Shown piece by piece: positions 10,667 to 18,238 of a stretch of 27,079 nucleotides of DNA. Source of the DNA: Thermomicrobiales bacterium (GTDB lineage: Bacteria; Chloroflexota; Chloroflexia; Thermomicrobiales; UBA6265). A program made the position numbers and the translations under genes. Where the stretch lies: positions 1 through 27,079 of the forward strand of contig JBQCJS010000151.1 in assembly GCA_051952485.1 (NCBI GenBank). Direction: 5' to 3'. Every line of letters begins with the position of its first letter. The first letter of the stretch is position 1. The notes under the pieces are model-generated. The model saw nothing but the letters and a program-made list of their open reading frames with translations. It ran no database searches and had not been told where the DNA came from.

Positions 10667-11664
10667 CAGCCCAGGCCGACATCCCCCTCCGCGACGGAGC
10701 GATCCTCCCTGGCACGACGATCGAGGAGATGTTGAGCCACGCCGATACCCGCAACAGCCGCGCGTGGTTCGAGTCGCTGCCCGGGATGGTCGACGCATGG
10801 TGCGATCGCTGGGAGATCAGGCTGCACCCGGAGGTTCCACACCTCACCTACAACGTGGTGCTGTTCGGCAGCAGTGCGACGGAGGGCGAGGTCGTGCTCA
10901 AGCTGGCGCCACCGGGCATGGAGTTCGCGTCGGAGGTCGCCGGCATTCGCGCCTTCCAGGGGCCGGAGTTCGTGCGCCTGATCCACGCCGATTCGGACGC
11001 GGCCGGGATGCTGATGGAGCGCATCCTGCCCGGGACACCCCTCCGTGCCTTCGACGACCGCATCGACGACACCGCCGCCACGACGATCGGCGCGTCGATG
11101 CTGAAGCATCTCTGGCGCCCGGCACCAGCCGATCCGGGCGACCTGATCCCGCTCCAACGCTGGTTCCGTGACCTTTTCCGGCTTCGCGACCAGCTCCGGG
11201 ACGGCCGCGCCGACCTCCCGATCAGCCGCGATTCGGTCGAATATTCCGCGACGATAGCGGAGGACCTGCTGGGGACGCCCGATCCGGTGGTCCTGCACGG
11301 CGACATGCACCACGGCAATATCCTCGAGAACGCGGCGGGCAGCTGGACCGTGATCGACCCGAAGGGCCTGATCGGGGATCGCGCCTACGATGTCGGGACG
11401 TGGATGCTTAACGGTTGGCCGACGAATGAACCGGGGGATCAGGATTCGATCCAGCGTCGCCGGGTGGATAGCTTCGCGGACGGGCTGGACCTGCCGCGCG
11501 AGCGCGTCGTCGCTGGCGCGCTCGTGCACGCAACCCTGGTCATCGCGTGGGCCTGTGTCGAATCGACCGCCGAGGAGTTCACGCGTGACCCGTGGTTGCA
11601 GGGCACGCTGAAGGCGCAGGCGATCTTCGAGCGCATGGCGATCGAGGCAGGGATATTGGCCTGA
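10663..11664 (+). CDS. Aminoglycoside/hydroxyurea-resistance-type kinase (APH(6)-like phosphotransferase)
   Basis: VVLKL (ATP-binding Lys), MLMERILPG, catalytic LHGDMHHGNIL, VIDPKGLIGDRAYD; GTG start overlaps the scpB stop (GTGA), AAGGAG RBS. Confidence 0.88.
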   Translation: MTAQADIPLRDGAILPGTTIEEMLSHADTRNSRAWFESLPGMVDAWCDRWEIRLHPEVPHLTYNVVLFGSSATEGEVVLKLAPPGMEFASEVAGIRAFQGPEFVRLIHADSDAAGMLMERILPGTPLRAFDDRIDDTAATTIGASMLKHLWRPAPADPGDLIPLQRWFRDLFRLRDQLRDGRADLPISRDSVEYSATIAEDLLGTPDPVVLHGDMHHGNILENAAGSWTVIDPKGLIGDRAYDVGTWMLNGWPTNEPGDQDSIQRRRVDSFADGLDLPRERVVAGALVHATLVIAWACVESTAEEFTRDPWLQGTLKAQAIFERMAIEAGILA

Positions 11665-11671
11665 GCCCAGG

Positions 11672-12856
11672 TCAGACCGCGCTGAGCTGCCTGATCCGCG
11701 CCACCACGGACGCCAGGGTATCCACCGCGTCCTCGATCTCGTCCAGGGAATTGCCACGGCCCACGGTGAGGCGCAGGCTAGCCCGCGCCTCCTGTTCGGA
11801 GAGGCCCATTGCCAGCAGGACGTGACTCGGTTCCGAATTGCCGGTCGTGCAGGCCGAGCCCGCCGAGCCCTCCACTCCATCCATATCCAGGGCCAGGAGC
11901 GCCGTCTCCCCCTGCACGCCCCGAATCGAGATGTTGAGATTGTTGGGCAACCGGTCGCCATCGAGTTCGGGGCCGTTCAGCGTGACATCGGGGATCGCGC
12001 CGCGGATGCCGTCCCACAGCGCGTCGCGCAGCGCCCGGGTATGGGCGTTGTAGGCATCGCGGGCGACATCGGCGCGCTGCAGGGCCTCCGCCATGCCCAC
12101 GATGAGGGGCACATTCTCGGTGCCGCCGCGTCGCCCCGACTCCTGGCCTCCGCCGTCCTGCTGGAAGCGGAGGGGCGTCCCCTTCCGCACGTAGAGGATG
12201 CCCACGCCCTTCGGCCCGTAGAACTTGTGCGCCGACAGCGCGAGCAGGTCGACGCCCACTGCCTGGACATCGAGGGGGAGCGCCCCTGCGATCTGCACGG
12301 CGTCCGTATGGAACGGGATGCCCCGCTCTCGCGCGATGGCGGAGATCGCTTCGATCGGCTGGATGGAGCCGACCTCGTTGTTCGCGGCCATCACCGAGAT
12401 GAGGCAGGTCTCCGGACGGATCGCGGCGGCCACCGCCTCGGCGCTGATGATCCCCCGGGCGTCGCAGCAGACACGTGTGACCGCGAACCCCTGCTCCTCC
12501 AGCGCATCCGCGGCGTGAAGCACCGCATGATGCTCGATAGCGGTGGTCACGATGTGCGGCATCGGCCCGTCAGGATGCGCCAGGCGCGCCGCCCAGGCGA
12601 CCCCTTTCAGCGCGAGGTTGTCGCTCTCCGTCGCGCCGCTCGTGAAGACAATCTCGGAAGGGCGACAGGCGAGGACCCGCGCGACCGTTTGCCGGGCGCG
12701 GTCCAGGGCAGCGCGTGCATCCTGGCCCACCCGGTAGATACTGGATGGGTTACCGAACGTCCCCGAGAAATAGGGGATCATCGCCTGGACGACGGCAGGA
12801 TCGACCGGCGTGGTGGCCGCGTGATCGAGGTAGATGAGGTCGCTTCCGTAGGTCAT
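11672..12856 (-). CDS. iscS: Cysteine desulfurase, IscS/NifS (group I)
   Basis: YLDHAATTP, FTSGATESDN, TAIEHHAVL, FHTDAVQ, PLP lysine SAHKFYGPKG, catalytic SAGSACTTG. Confidence 0.96.
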   Translation of the reverse strand: MTYGSDLIYLDHAATTPVDPAVVQAMIPYFSGTFGNPSSIYRVGQDARAALDRARQTVARVLACRPSEIVFTSGATESDNLALKGVAWAARLAHPDGPMPHIVTTAIEHHAVLHAADALEEQGFAVTRVCCDARGIISAEAVAAAIRPETCLISVMAANNEVGSIQPIEAISAIARERGIPFHTDAVQIAGALPLDVQAVGVDLLALSAHKFYGPKGVGILYVRKGTPLRFQQDGGGQESGRRGGTENVPLIVGMAEALQRADVARDAYNAHTRALRDALWDGIRGAIPDVTLNGPELDGDRLPNNLNISIRGVQGETALLALDMDGVEGSAGSACTTGNSEPSHVLLAMGLSEQEARASLRLTVGRGNSLDEIEDAVDTLASVVARIRQLSAV

Positions 12857-12888
12857 GCTGATCCAGCCTCACGGCATGAGAACGACAA

Positions 12889-12924
12889 AGCCACCCATCT
12901 CACCGGACCGGGAGACGGGTGGCT
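12889..12924 (-). terminator. Stem-loop with U-rich tail between the Rrf2 gene and iscS
   Basis: Minus strand AGCCACCCGTCTC...GAGATGGGTGGCT: 13-bp stem whose single mismatch is a G.U pair only on the sense strand, followed by TTGTCGTT. Confidence 0.6.
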
Positions 12925-12936
12925 GGCAGGCAGGCG

Positions 12937-13404
12937 TCAGGAGACGGCGGTGGACGCCGGCATCAGCGGCTCGCTCGCCGGAGCCCCGGCTCCCTTGCGG
13001 GCGATGAGGTCCGCCAGGGTGGTGGAATCGAGCGCCTCCGCGATCGAATCGCGGACCTTCAGCCAGATCGGCCGGGTCTCGCAGCCATCGATCAGCGGGC
13101 ATGTCTGCTCCGTCAGGTCCTCGGAGACGCATTCCATCGGCGCGACGGGCCCCTCCATCACGCGATAGACATCCCCGATGCGGACCTCCTCCGGCTTGCG
13201 CGAGAGCGTGTAGCCGCCGTGGGCTCCGCGCTTGCTTTCCACAAGCCCGGCCCGGCGCAGCGGCGCGATCAGTTGTTCGAGATACGCGGTAGGAACCGAC
13301 GATTCCTTGGCAATTTCGGTGATGGACATCGGACCGTCGCCGTAGTGGTGGGCGAGCGCCACCATTGCCCGTACTCCATATTCACCCCGCGTCGAGACTT
13401 TCAT
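12937..13404 (-). CDS. Rrf2 family transcriptional regulator (IscR/CymR-like) with three C-terminal Cys
   Basis: MKVSTRGEYGVRAM start behind GGAGG, YLEQL, GLVESKRGAHGGY, EGP; C92, C102, C108. Track start 13479 is too far upstream and lies in the promoter. Confidence 0.95.
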   Translation of the reverse strand: MKVSTRGEYGVRAMVALAHHYGDGPMSITEIAKESSVPTAYLEQLIAPLRRAGLVESKRGAHGGYTLSRKPEEVRIGDVYRVMEGPVAPMECVSEDLTEQTCPLIDGCETRPIWLKVRDSIAEALDSTTLADLIARKGAGAPASEPLMPASTAVS

Positions 13405-13450
13405 GCTGTGGACCTCCGGAGGGGGCGAGACGGCGGATATATTCCCTGCA

Positions 13451-13479
13451 ACATTACTCGGGATTGGCCGATCCGTCAA
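13451..13479 (-). promoter_or_regulatory. sigma70-type promoter for Rrf2-iscS with an overlapping imperfect inverted repeat
   Basis: Minus strand TTGACG (13479-13474), 17-nt spacer, TAATGT (13456-13451); AATCCC-N13-GGGAAT straddles the -10. Confidence 0.7.
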
Positions 13480-13497
13480 TGGTCCTGAGAATCATTC

Positions 13498-14751
13498 CTA
13501 TCTTCCCGGGCGCGGACGGAACGTGTCGGCGATGGCCTGCTTCCAGTCGTCGGGCAGGCTCGCCCGCTGCGAGAACGGTCCGGGAGCGATCTGCCGATAC
13601 AGGTGCACAAAGCGATCGGCGGTGAAGATGCCCCGATACAGGCCATCCTCCGTCACCGGCACCGCCCAGCGATTGGTTTCGTTCATCTGCTTCTGCACAT
13701 CGTAGATCGAATCGTCGATATCCGCGACATGGATGGCGGAATCCATCAGGTCCCCCACCAGGGCATCGCTGTTGCCCCCCCGCAGCGCCTCCAGCAGGTC
13801 GGTCCGCCACAGCATCCCGAGCACGTAGCCGTTCTCGGTGACGACGATGTCGCGCGGACCGCCCCGCAAGGCGAACGTGACCGGACGTTCCGGTGAGATG
13901 CCTCCCATGTCCCACAGGGCGTAGGACCCTACCCGCAGCTTCCGCATCGCGGTCTCGACCCGCACGACGCGGCCCTCCGCCTGGGCTGCGATCAGCACGA
14001 AGATGCCCATCGCGCCGACCGGGATCGAGCGTGTCCAGACCCCGATCCCGATCATCACGATCGCGAGGCCGGTTCCCAGCAGGACTGCCACGCGGGTGGC
14101 GCGCTGGCGCCCCATGGATGGACTCAGCGCCGCCCGGAGGACCCGGCCACCATCCATCGGAAAAGCCGGGAAGAGATTGAACGCGAAGAGAAAGAGATTC
14201 GTCAGCGCGAGGTAGCTTACGAAGGAGGCCGGGGTCATCGCCCCGTACAGCTCGCCATCCGGCACGAGCGCGTCCATTCCCAGCGTGGTTCCGAGCAGCA
14301 CCATCGCCGGCAGCAAGGCGACAAAGAGCGCCAGGTTCATCGCCGGGCCGGCAAGGGAGACCATGAGTTCCGCGCGCGGGGTCTCCGGTGCCTGTTCGAT
14401 GCGGGCGACCCCGTTGAATGGCCAGAGCGTGATGTCGAGCACCCGGATGCCGTACTGCTGGGCCATCGCGCAGTGCCCGAGTTCGTGGAGCAGCACCGAG
14501 AAGAAGATCGCCACGACGAACAGGCATCCGAGCACAAATGCGCCGATCCCGCCGTGCGGCCCGAATCCCCACTGGTAGACGACCCAGAGGAAGACGAGCA
14601 CGAACGTGGGATGGACGTTGACATCGACGCCGAAGAGTCGGCCGATATGGTAGGCGCGGAAGATGCCCAGCCGGAGACTCGCTTGCCCACGAGGGCGACG
14701 GAAGAACGAACGACCGGTGCGGCGAGCCTTCGTGTCGCCACTGACGACCAT
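13498..14751 (-). CDS. Site-2 protease (M50) with C-terminal CBS-like domain pair
   Basis: IGRLFGVDVNVHPTF, SVLLHELGH, TLWPFNGVA, VSLAGPAMN, FNLFPAFPMDGGRVLRA, then a soluble CBS-like region (VGDLM...VPVTEDG). Start uncertain (ATG 14751 or slightly downstream); track start 15039 overlaps rpoN. Confidence 0.92.
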   Translation of the reverse strand: MVVSGDTKARRTGRSFFRRPRGQASLRLGIFRAYHIGRLFGVDVNVHPTFVLVFLWVVYQWGFGPHGGIGAFVLGCLFVVAIFFSVLLHELGHCAMAQQYGIRVLDITLWPFNGVARIEQAPETPRAELMVSLAGPAMNLALFVALLPAMVLLGTTLGMDALVPDGELYGAMTPASFVSYLALTNLFLFAFNLFPAFPMDGGRVLRAALSPSMGRQRATRVAVLLGTGLAIVMIGIGVWTRSIPVGAMGIFVLIAAQAEGRVVRVETAMRKLRVGSYALWDMGGISPERPVTFALRGGPRDIVVTENGYVLGMLWRTDLLEALRGGNSDALVGDLMDSAIHVADIDDSIYDVQKQMNETNRWAVPVTEDGLYRGIFTADRFVHLYRQIAPGPFSQRASLPDDWKQAIADTFRPRPGR

Positions 14752-14815
14752 GGTACCAAGATTGCGTGGACATCCGGGAACCCACGCCTTCACAACCACT
14801 ACCCACTGGCATTTG

Positions 14816-14829
14816 TTTCTGTACAGAAA
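14816..14829. repeat. Perfect 14-bp palindrome TTTCTGTACAGAAA, candidate operator
   Basis: Exact self-complementary AT-rich sequence in a GC-rich genome, 5 nt from the sigma54 motif. Confidence 0.6.
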
Positions 14830-14834
14830 TGGAT

Positions 14835-14850
14835 AGCAAGACGCTTGCCA
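14835..14850 (-). promoter_or_regulatory. sigma54 (-24/-12) promoter motif oriented toward the S2P-CBS gene
   Basis: Minus strand TGGCAAGCGTCTTGCT versus consensus TGGCACG-N4-TTGC(A/T): one mismatch, correct GG-N10-GC spacing. Confidence 0.7.
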
Positions 14851-14874
14851 TCGTGGTCGGGCGACACCTATACT
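14845..14874 (+). promoter_or_regulatory. sigma70-type promoter for rpoN
   Basis: TTGCCA (14845-14850), 18-nt spacer, TATACT (14869-14874), about 100 nt upstream of the rpoN ATG. Confidence 0.7.
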
Positions 14875-14981
14875 CTGCTCATGCCGGACGACACCACACC
14901 TGCCCCCATTCCGACACACCCAGCCTTGCGGCCCGCTGATGCGATCGCTCGTTCCAGCTCCGCGTCTCCAAGGAGCATTCG

Positions 14982-16460
14982 ATGAGTTGGATGGAAGCGA
15001 GCTACGAGTATGGCCAGGAAATGCGGGCCTGGGTTTCACCGAGCCTGATCGAGGCCAATTACATCCTCAGCCTTTCCCAGCAGGAGTTGCAGCAGGTGAT
15101 CGCGCAGGAGATGGCCGGCAATCCTGCCCTCGAGATGGATGACCGCCCGACCTGCCCGACCTGCGGCGGGGTGCTCGATGGCTCGTGGTGCTCCACCTGC
15201 ATGATCGATGTGCGCGTCCGCAACGAGGAATCGACCTACGACTCCTGGGAGGACTTCCCCGAGCAGGCCATCACGTCGGTGGCGAGCGGTCAGGACGACT
15301 CCGACTTCGATCCCATGACGCTGGTGGCATCCAGCGAATCCCTCATCGACCAGATCCTCTCCGATGTTCGCACCATCCTCGACGACCGGGGCGCGGCGAT
15401 CGCCGAATACCTGCTGGAATCGCTGGACGAACGCGGGTTTCTCACCCATTCCCTCGACGAGATATCCGGCCTCACCCGGATCGAAGAGGACGAGCTTCAG
15501 GCCGTGCTCGACGTCATTCGCGATGTCGCGCCGGTGGGAGTCGGCGCCCACGACCTGCGGGAATGCCTCCTCCTCCAGACCTCCTACCTCATCGCGACCG
15601 GCTATGAGGTGCCACCCGCGACGATCCCGATCATCGACCGGGCCCTGACGGAATTCGGCTCCCACAAGTACGGCCAGATCTCACGGGATCTGGGGATCTC
15701 GATCGAGGAGATCGAGACGGCCCGGGACTTCATCCGCGAGCATCTCAATCCGTTCCCGCTCCAGTCCGGGCAGGGGCGGACCTGGCGCAGCCCTTCCGAA
15801 TCGGCCTACGTCGCTCCCGATGTGGTGATCTCGCTCAAGGACGGCGAGCTGTCCGTGGAGGTGATCGACAGCAAGTACTTCCACCTCCGCACGAACGCCC
15901 TCTACGACCAGCTTTCGGGCCAGTTCGCGCGCCGCAAGTCGATTCCCCAGCGGACGGCCCCGGTGCCGGAAGCCGTCCGAGATGCCGCCACCACGGTCTC
16001 GAGCGAGGACAAGGATCACGTCCGGCTCTACACCAACCGTGCGCGCATGTTCATCTCCAACATCCAGCAACGGCGCGACACCCTGCTCCGCATCAGCCAG
16101 TGCATCTGCGAGCTTCAGGAGAGCTTCCTGCGCGGCGGCGTGCGCGAGCTGCGTCCCCTGACCCGCGCCGTGGTCGCGCAGCAGGTCGGTGTGCACGAAT
16201 CGACGGTCAGCCGGGCGACGGCGAGCAAGTACGTGATGCTGCCGAACCGCAAGGTCATTCCCTTCTCGGACTTCTTCACGCCATCGCTGAGCACGAAGGA
16301 CATCATCAAGGAACTGATCGTGGAAGAATCGCGGAAGGGCACCTCGCTCACCGACCGCAAGATCTGCGACCTGCTGCTCCAGCGCGGGGTCCGCATCGCC
16401 CGCCGGACGGTGGCGAAGTACCGGGCCGAACTGGGCATCCTGCCCTCGACCATGCGGTAG
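14982..16460 (+). CDS. rpoN: RNA polymerase sigma-54 factor
   Basis: LSQQEL..NPALE region I end, ESLDERGFL, GVGAHDLRECLLLQ, HTH PLTRAVVAQQVGVHESTVSRA, intact RpoN box ARRTVAKYR; AGGAG RBS. Confidence 0.97.
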   Translation: MSWMEASYEYGQEMRAWVSPSLIEANYILSLSQQELQQVIAQEMAGNPALEMDDRPTCPTCGGVLDGSWCSTCMIDVRVRNEESTYDSWEDFPEQAITSVASGQDDSDFDPMTLVASSESLIDQILSDVRTILDDRGAAIAEYLLESLDERGFLTHSLDEISGLTRIEEDELQAVLDVIRDVAPVGVGAHDLRECLLLQTSYLIATGYEVPPATIPIIDRALTEFGSHKYGQISRDLGISIEEIETARDFIREHLNPFPLQSGQGRTWRSPSESAYVAPDVVISLKDGELSVEVIDSKYFHLRTNALYDQLSGQFARRKSIPQRTAPVPEAVRDAATTVSSEDKDHVRLYTNRARMFISNIQQRRDTLLRISQCICELQESFLRGGVRELRPLTRAVVAQQVGVHESTVSRATASKYVMLPNRKVIPFSDFFTPSLSTKDIIKELIVEESRKGTSLTDRKICDLLLQRGVRIARRTVAKYRAELGILPSTMR

Positions 16461-16471
16461 CGGCTGGACGC

Positions 16472-16513
16472 AACGGGGCGGCGGCAGGACTCCCATCCTA
16501 CCGCCGCCCCGTT
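16472..16513. terminator. Stem-loop between convergent rpoN and livF
   Basis: AACGGGGCGGCGG...CCGCCGCCCCGTT 13-bp stem plus AGGA/TCCT; continuous 18 bp with one G.U pair on the minus strand; no U-tract either way. Confidence 0.65.
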
Positions 16514-16542
16514 CTGCCCCCACCCCGGGCGATCCGCCGCGA

Positions 16543-17340
16543 TCATCCTTCGCCGAGATACGCCTTCCGCACCAGGTCGTTCTGCATCAGCGCCCTGCCC
16601 GTATCTGAAAGGACGATCTGCCCGGTCTGGATCACGTAGCCGCGATCGGCGATCGCGAGCGCCATCAGGGCGTTCTGCTCGACCAGGAGCACCGGCGTCC
16701 CCTGCTGGTTCACCTGCTTCACGATCTCGAAGATCTGTTCCACCAGGATCGGGGCAAGACCCATCGAAGGTTCGTCCAGCAGCAGCAGGCGGGGCTTTGC
16801 CATCAGCGCCCTGCCGATCGCCAGCATCTGCTGCTCACCCCCCGACAGCGTACCCGCCTTCTGGGCGACGCGCTCCTTCAACCGTGGAAAGAGATCGAAG
16901 ACCCGCTCCAGGTCGGCCGGATCGACCTTGCCGTGCACGAAGGCGCCCATCTCCAGGTTCTCCAGCACGGACATACGCGGGAAGACCCGGCGCCCCTCCG
17001 GGGACTGGGCAATGCCGGTGGCCGCGACCTTGTGCGCGGGCAATCCGTTGATCTTCTTCCCCTCCAGGGCTATCTCCCCGTTCCGCGGCGAGAGCAGTCC
17101 GGAGATCGTCTTCAGCGTCGTACTCTTGCCCGCGCCGTTCGCCCCGATCAGGGTCACGATCTCGCCCGCGTTCACCGTGAGCGAGATGCCCTTCAAGGCG
17201 TGGATCTGCCCGTAGTAGGTGTGGACGTCGCGCAGTTCCAGCATCGGTGCGACACCCGACGAGGACACGTCCGGGGTGCCAGGGGGCTGGATGGGAGCCG
17301 TGGAGCCGGTCGGGGTGGCTGTGGTCGAGGACGCGCTCAT
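16543..17340 (-). CDS. livF: Branched-chain amino acid-type ABC transporter ATP-binding subunit
   Basis: GANGAGKST, PEGRRVFP, LSGGEQQMLAIGRAL, LLLDEPSMGLAP, VEQNA; ATG overlaps the livG stop. Confidence 0.96.
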   Translation of the reverse strand: MSASSTTATPTGSTAPIQPPGTPDVSSSGVAPMLELRDVHTYYGQIHALKGISLTVNAGEIVTLIGANGAGKSTTLKTISGLLSPRNGEIALEGKKINGLPAHKVAATGIAQSPEGRRVFPRMSVLENLEMGAFVHGKVDPADLERVFDLFPRLKERVAQKAGTLSGGEQQMLAIGRALMAKPRLLLLDEPSMGLAPILVEQIFEIVKQVNQQGTPVLLVEQNALMALAIADRGYVIQTGQIVLSDTGRALMQNDLVRKAYLGEG

Positions 17341-18236
17341 GCCGCACCTCCTTCGCCCTGGGCGGCCGGCGCGGCGTCGCCTTCCTCGAGGATGGCCGCT
17401 GCGCCTTTGCCGAGATAGGCCTCCACCACTCTCGGGTTGCGCTGGACCTCGGAGGGAAGCCCTTCGGCGATCTTGGTGCCGTGGTCGAGCACCGTGACGT
17501 AGTCGGAGATGCCCATCACCATCTTCATGTCGTGCTCGATCAGCAGGATCGTGAGGTTCAGGTCGGTGCGGATCTGTTCGATGAACTGGCGGAGCCCATC
17601 GGTCTCGCGGGGATTCATGCCGGCGGTCGGCTCATCGAGCAGGAGCAGCCGGGGATCGCTCGCCAGGGCGCGGGAAATCTCCAGCCGTCGCTGGTCGCCA
17701 TAGGAGAGGTTCCTGGCCGTGACATCGGCGAAGCGGCCAAGGTTCACGTAGTCGAGGATCTCGTAGGCGCGGCTGCGCGCCGCCAGCTCCTCGCGCATCA
17801 CGCCCCCGCCCCGGATCATCGCCATGATGGGGTTCGTCTTCAGGCGGCTATGCATGCCCACCATGACATTCTCGAGCACTGACATGTTGCCGAAGAGCCG
17901 GATGTTCTGGAACGTCCGCGATATGCCCAGCTGGGTGATCTGGTCCGGCCGCAGCGAGCCGCCAAGGATGCCGGAGCTCTCGCGATGGATCGACCGGCCC
18001 TCGAAGACGATCTCGCCGGCCGTGGGCCGGTAGATACCGGCGATCATGTTGAAGAAGGTCGTCTTGCCGGCGCCGTTCGGACCGATCACGCTGGAGATGC
18101 TGCCTTGCGGGATCGCCATCGACACCGAATCCACAGCCACGAGGCCGCCGAACCGCATCGTCACGTTGCGCGCCTCGAGCACCGTCGGGTTGTCGAGCAC
18201 CGACGGCCGCGCGACCGCAGGGGCGATGGTCACCAT
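17337..18236 (-). CDS. livG: Branched-chain amino acid-type ABC transporter ATP-binding subunit
   Basis: FGGLVAVD, IGPNGAGKTT, RTFQNIRLF, LSYGDQRRLEISRAL, LDEPTAGMN, IEHDM, VVEAYLG. Confidence 0.96.
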   Translation of the reverse strand: MVTIAPAVARPSVLDNPTVLEARNVTMRFGGLVAVDSVSMAIPQGSISSVIGPNGAGKTTFFNMIAGIYRPTAGEIVFEGRSIHRESSGILGGSLRPDQITQLGISRTFQNIRLFGNMSVLENVMVGMHSRLKTNPIMAMIRGGGVMREELAARSRAYEILDYVNLGRFADVTARNLSYGDQRRLEISRALASDPRLLLLDEPTAGMNPRETDGLRQFIEQIRTDLNLTILLIEHDMKMVMGISDYVTVLDHGTKIAEGLPSEVQRNPRVVEAYLGKGAAAILEEGDAAPAAQGEGGAA

Positions 18237-18238
18237 AC

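Noticed and set aside
10663-11664. Calling the kinase a bona fide streptomycin-resistance gene
   Set aside because: Family motifs are present, but substrate cannot be inferred from sequence and there is no mobile or biosynthetic context.
14806-14822. Plus-strand TGGCATTTG... as a sigma54 promoter for rpoN
   Set aside because: No GC at the required spacing; the plus-strand reading of the real motif (TAGCAAG...TTGCC) also lacks the conserved GG.
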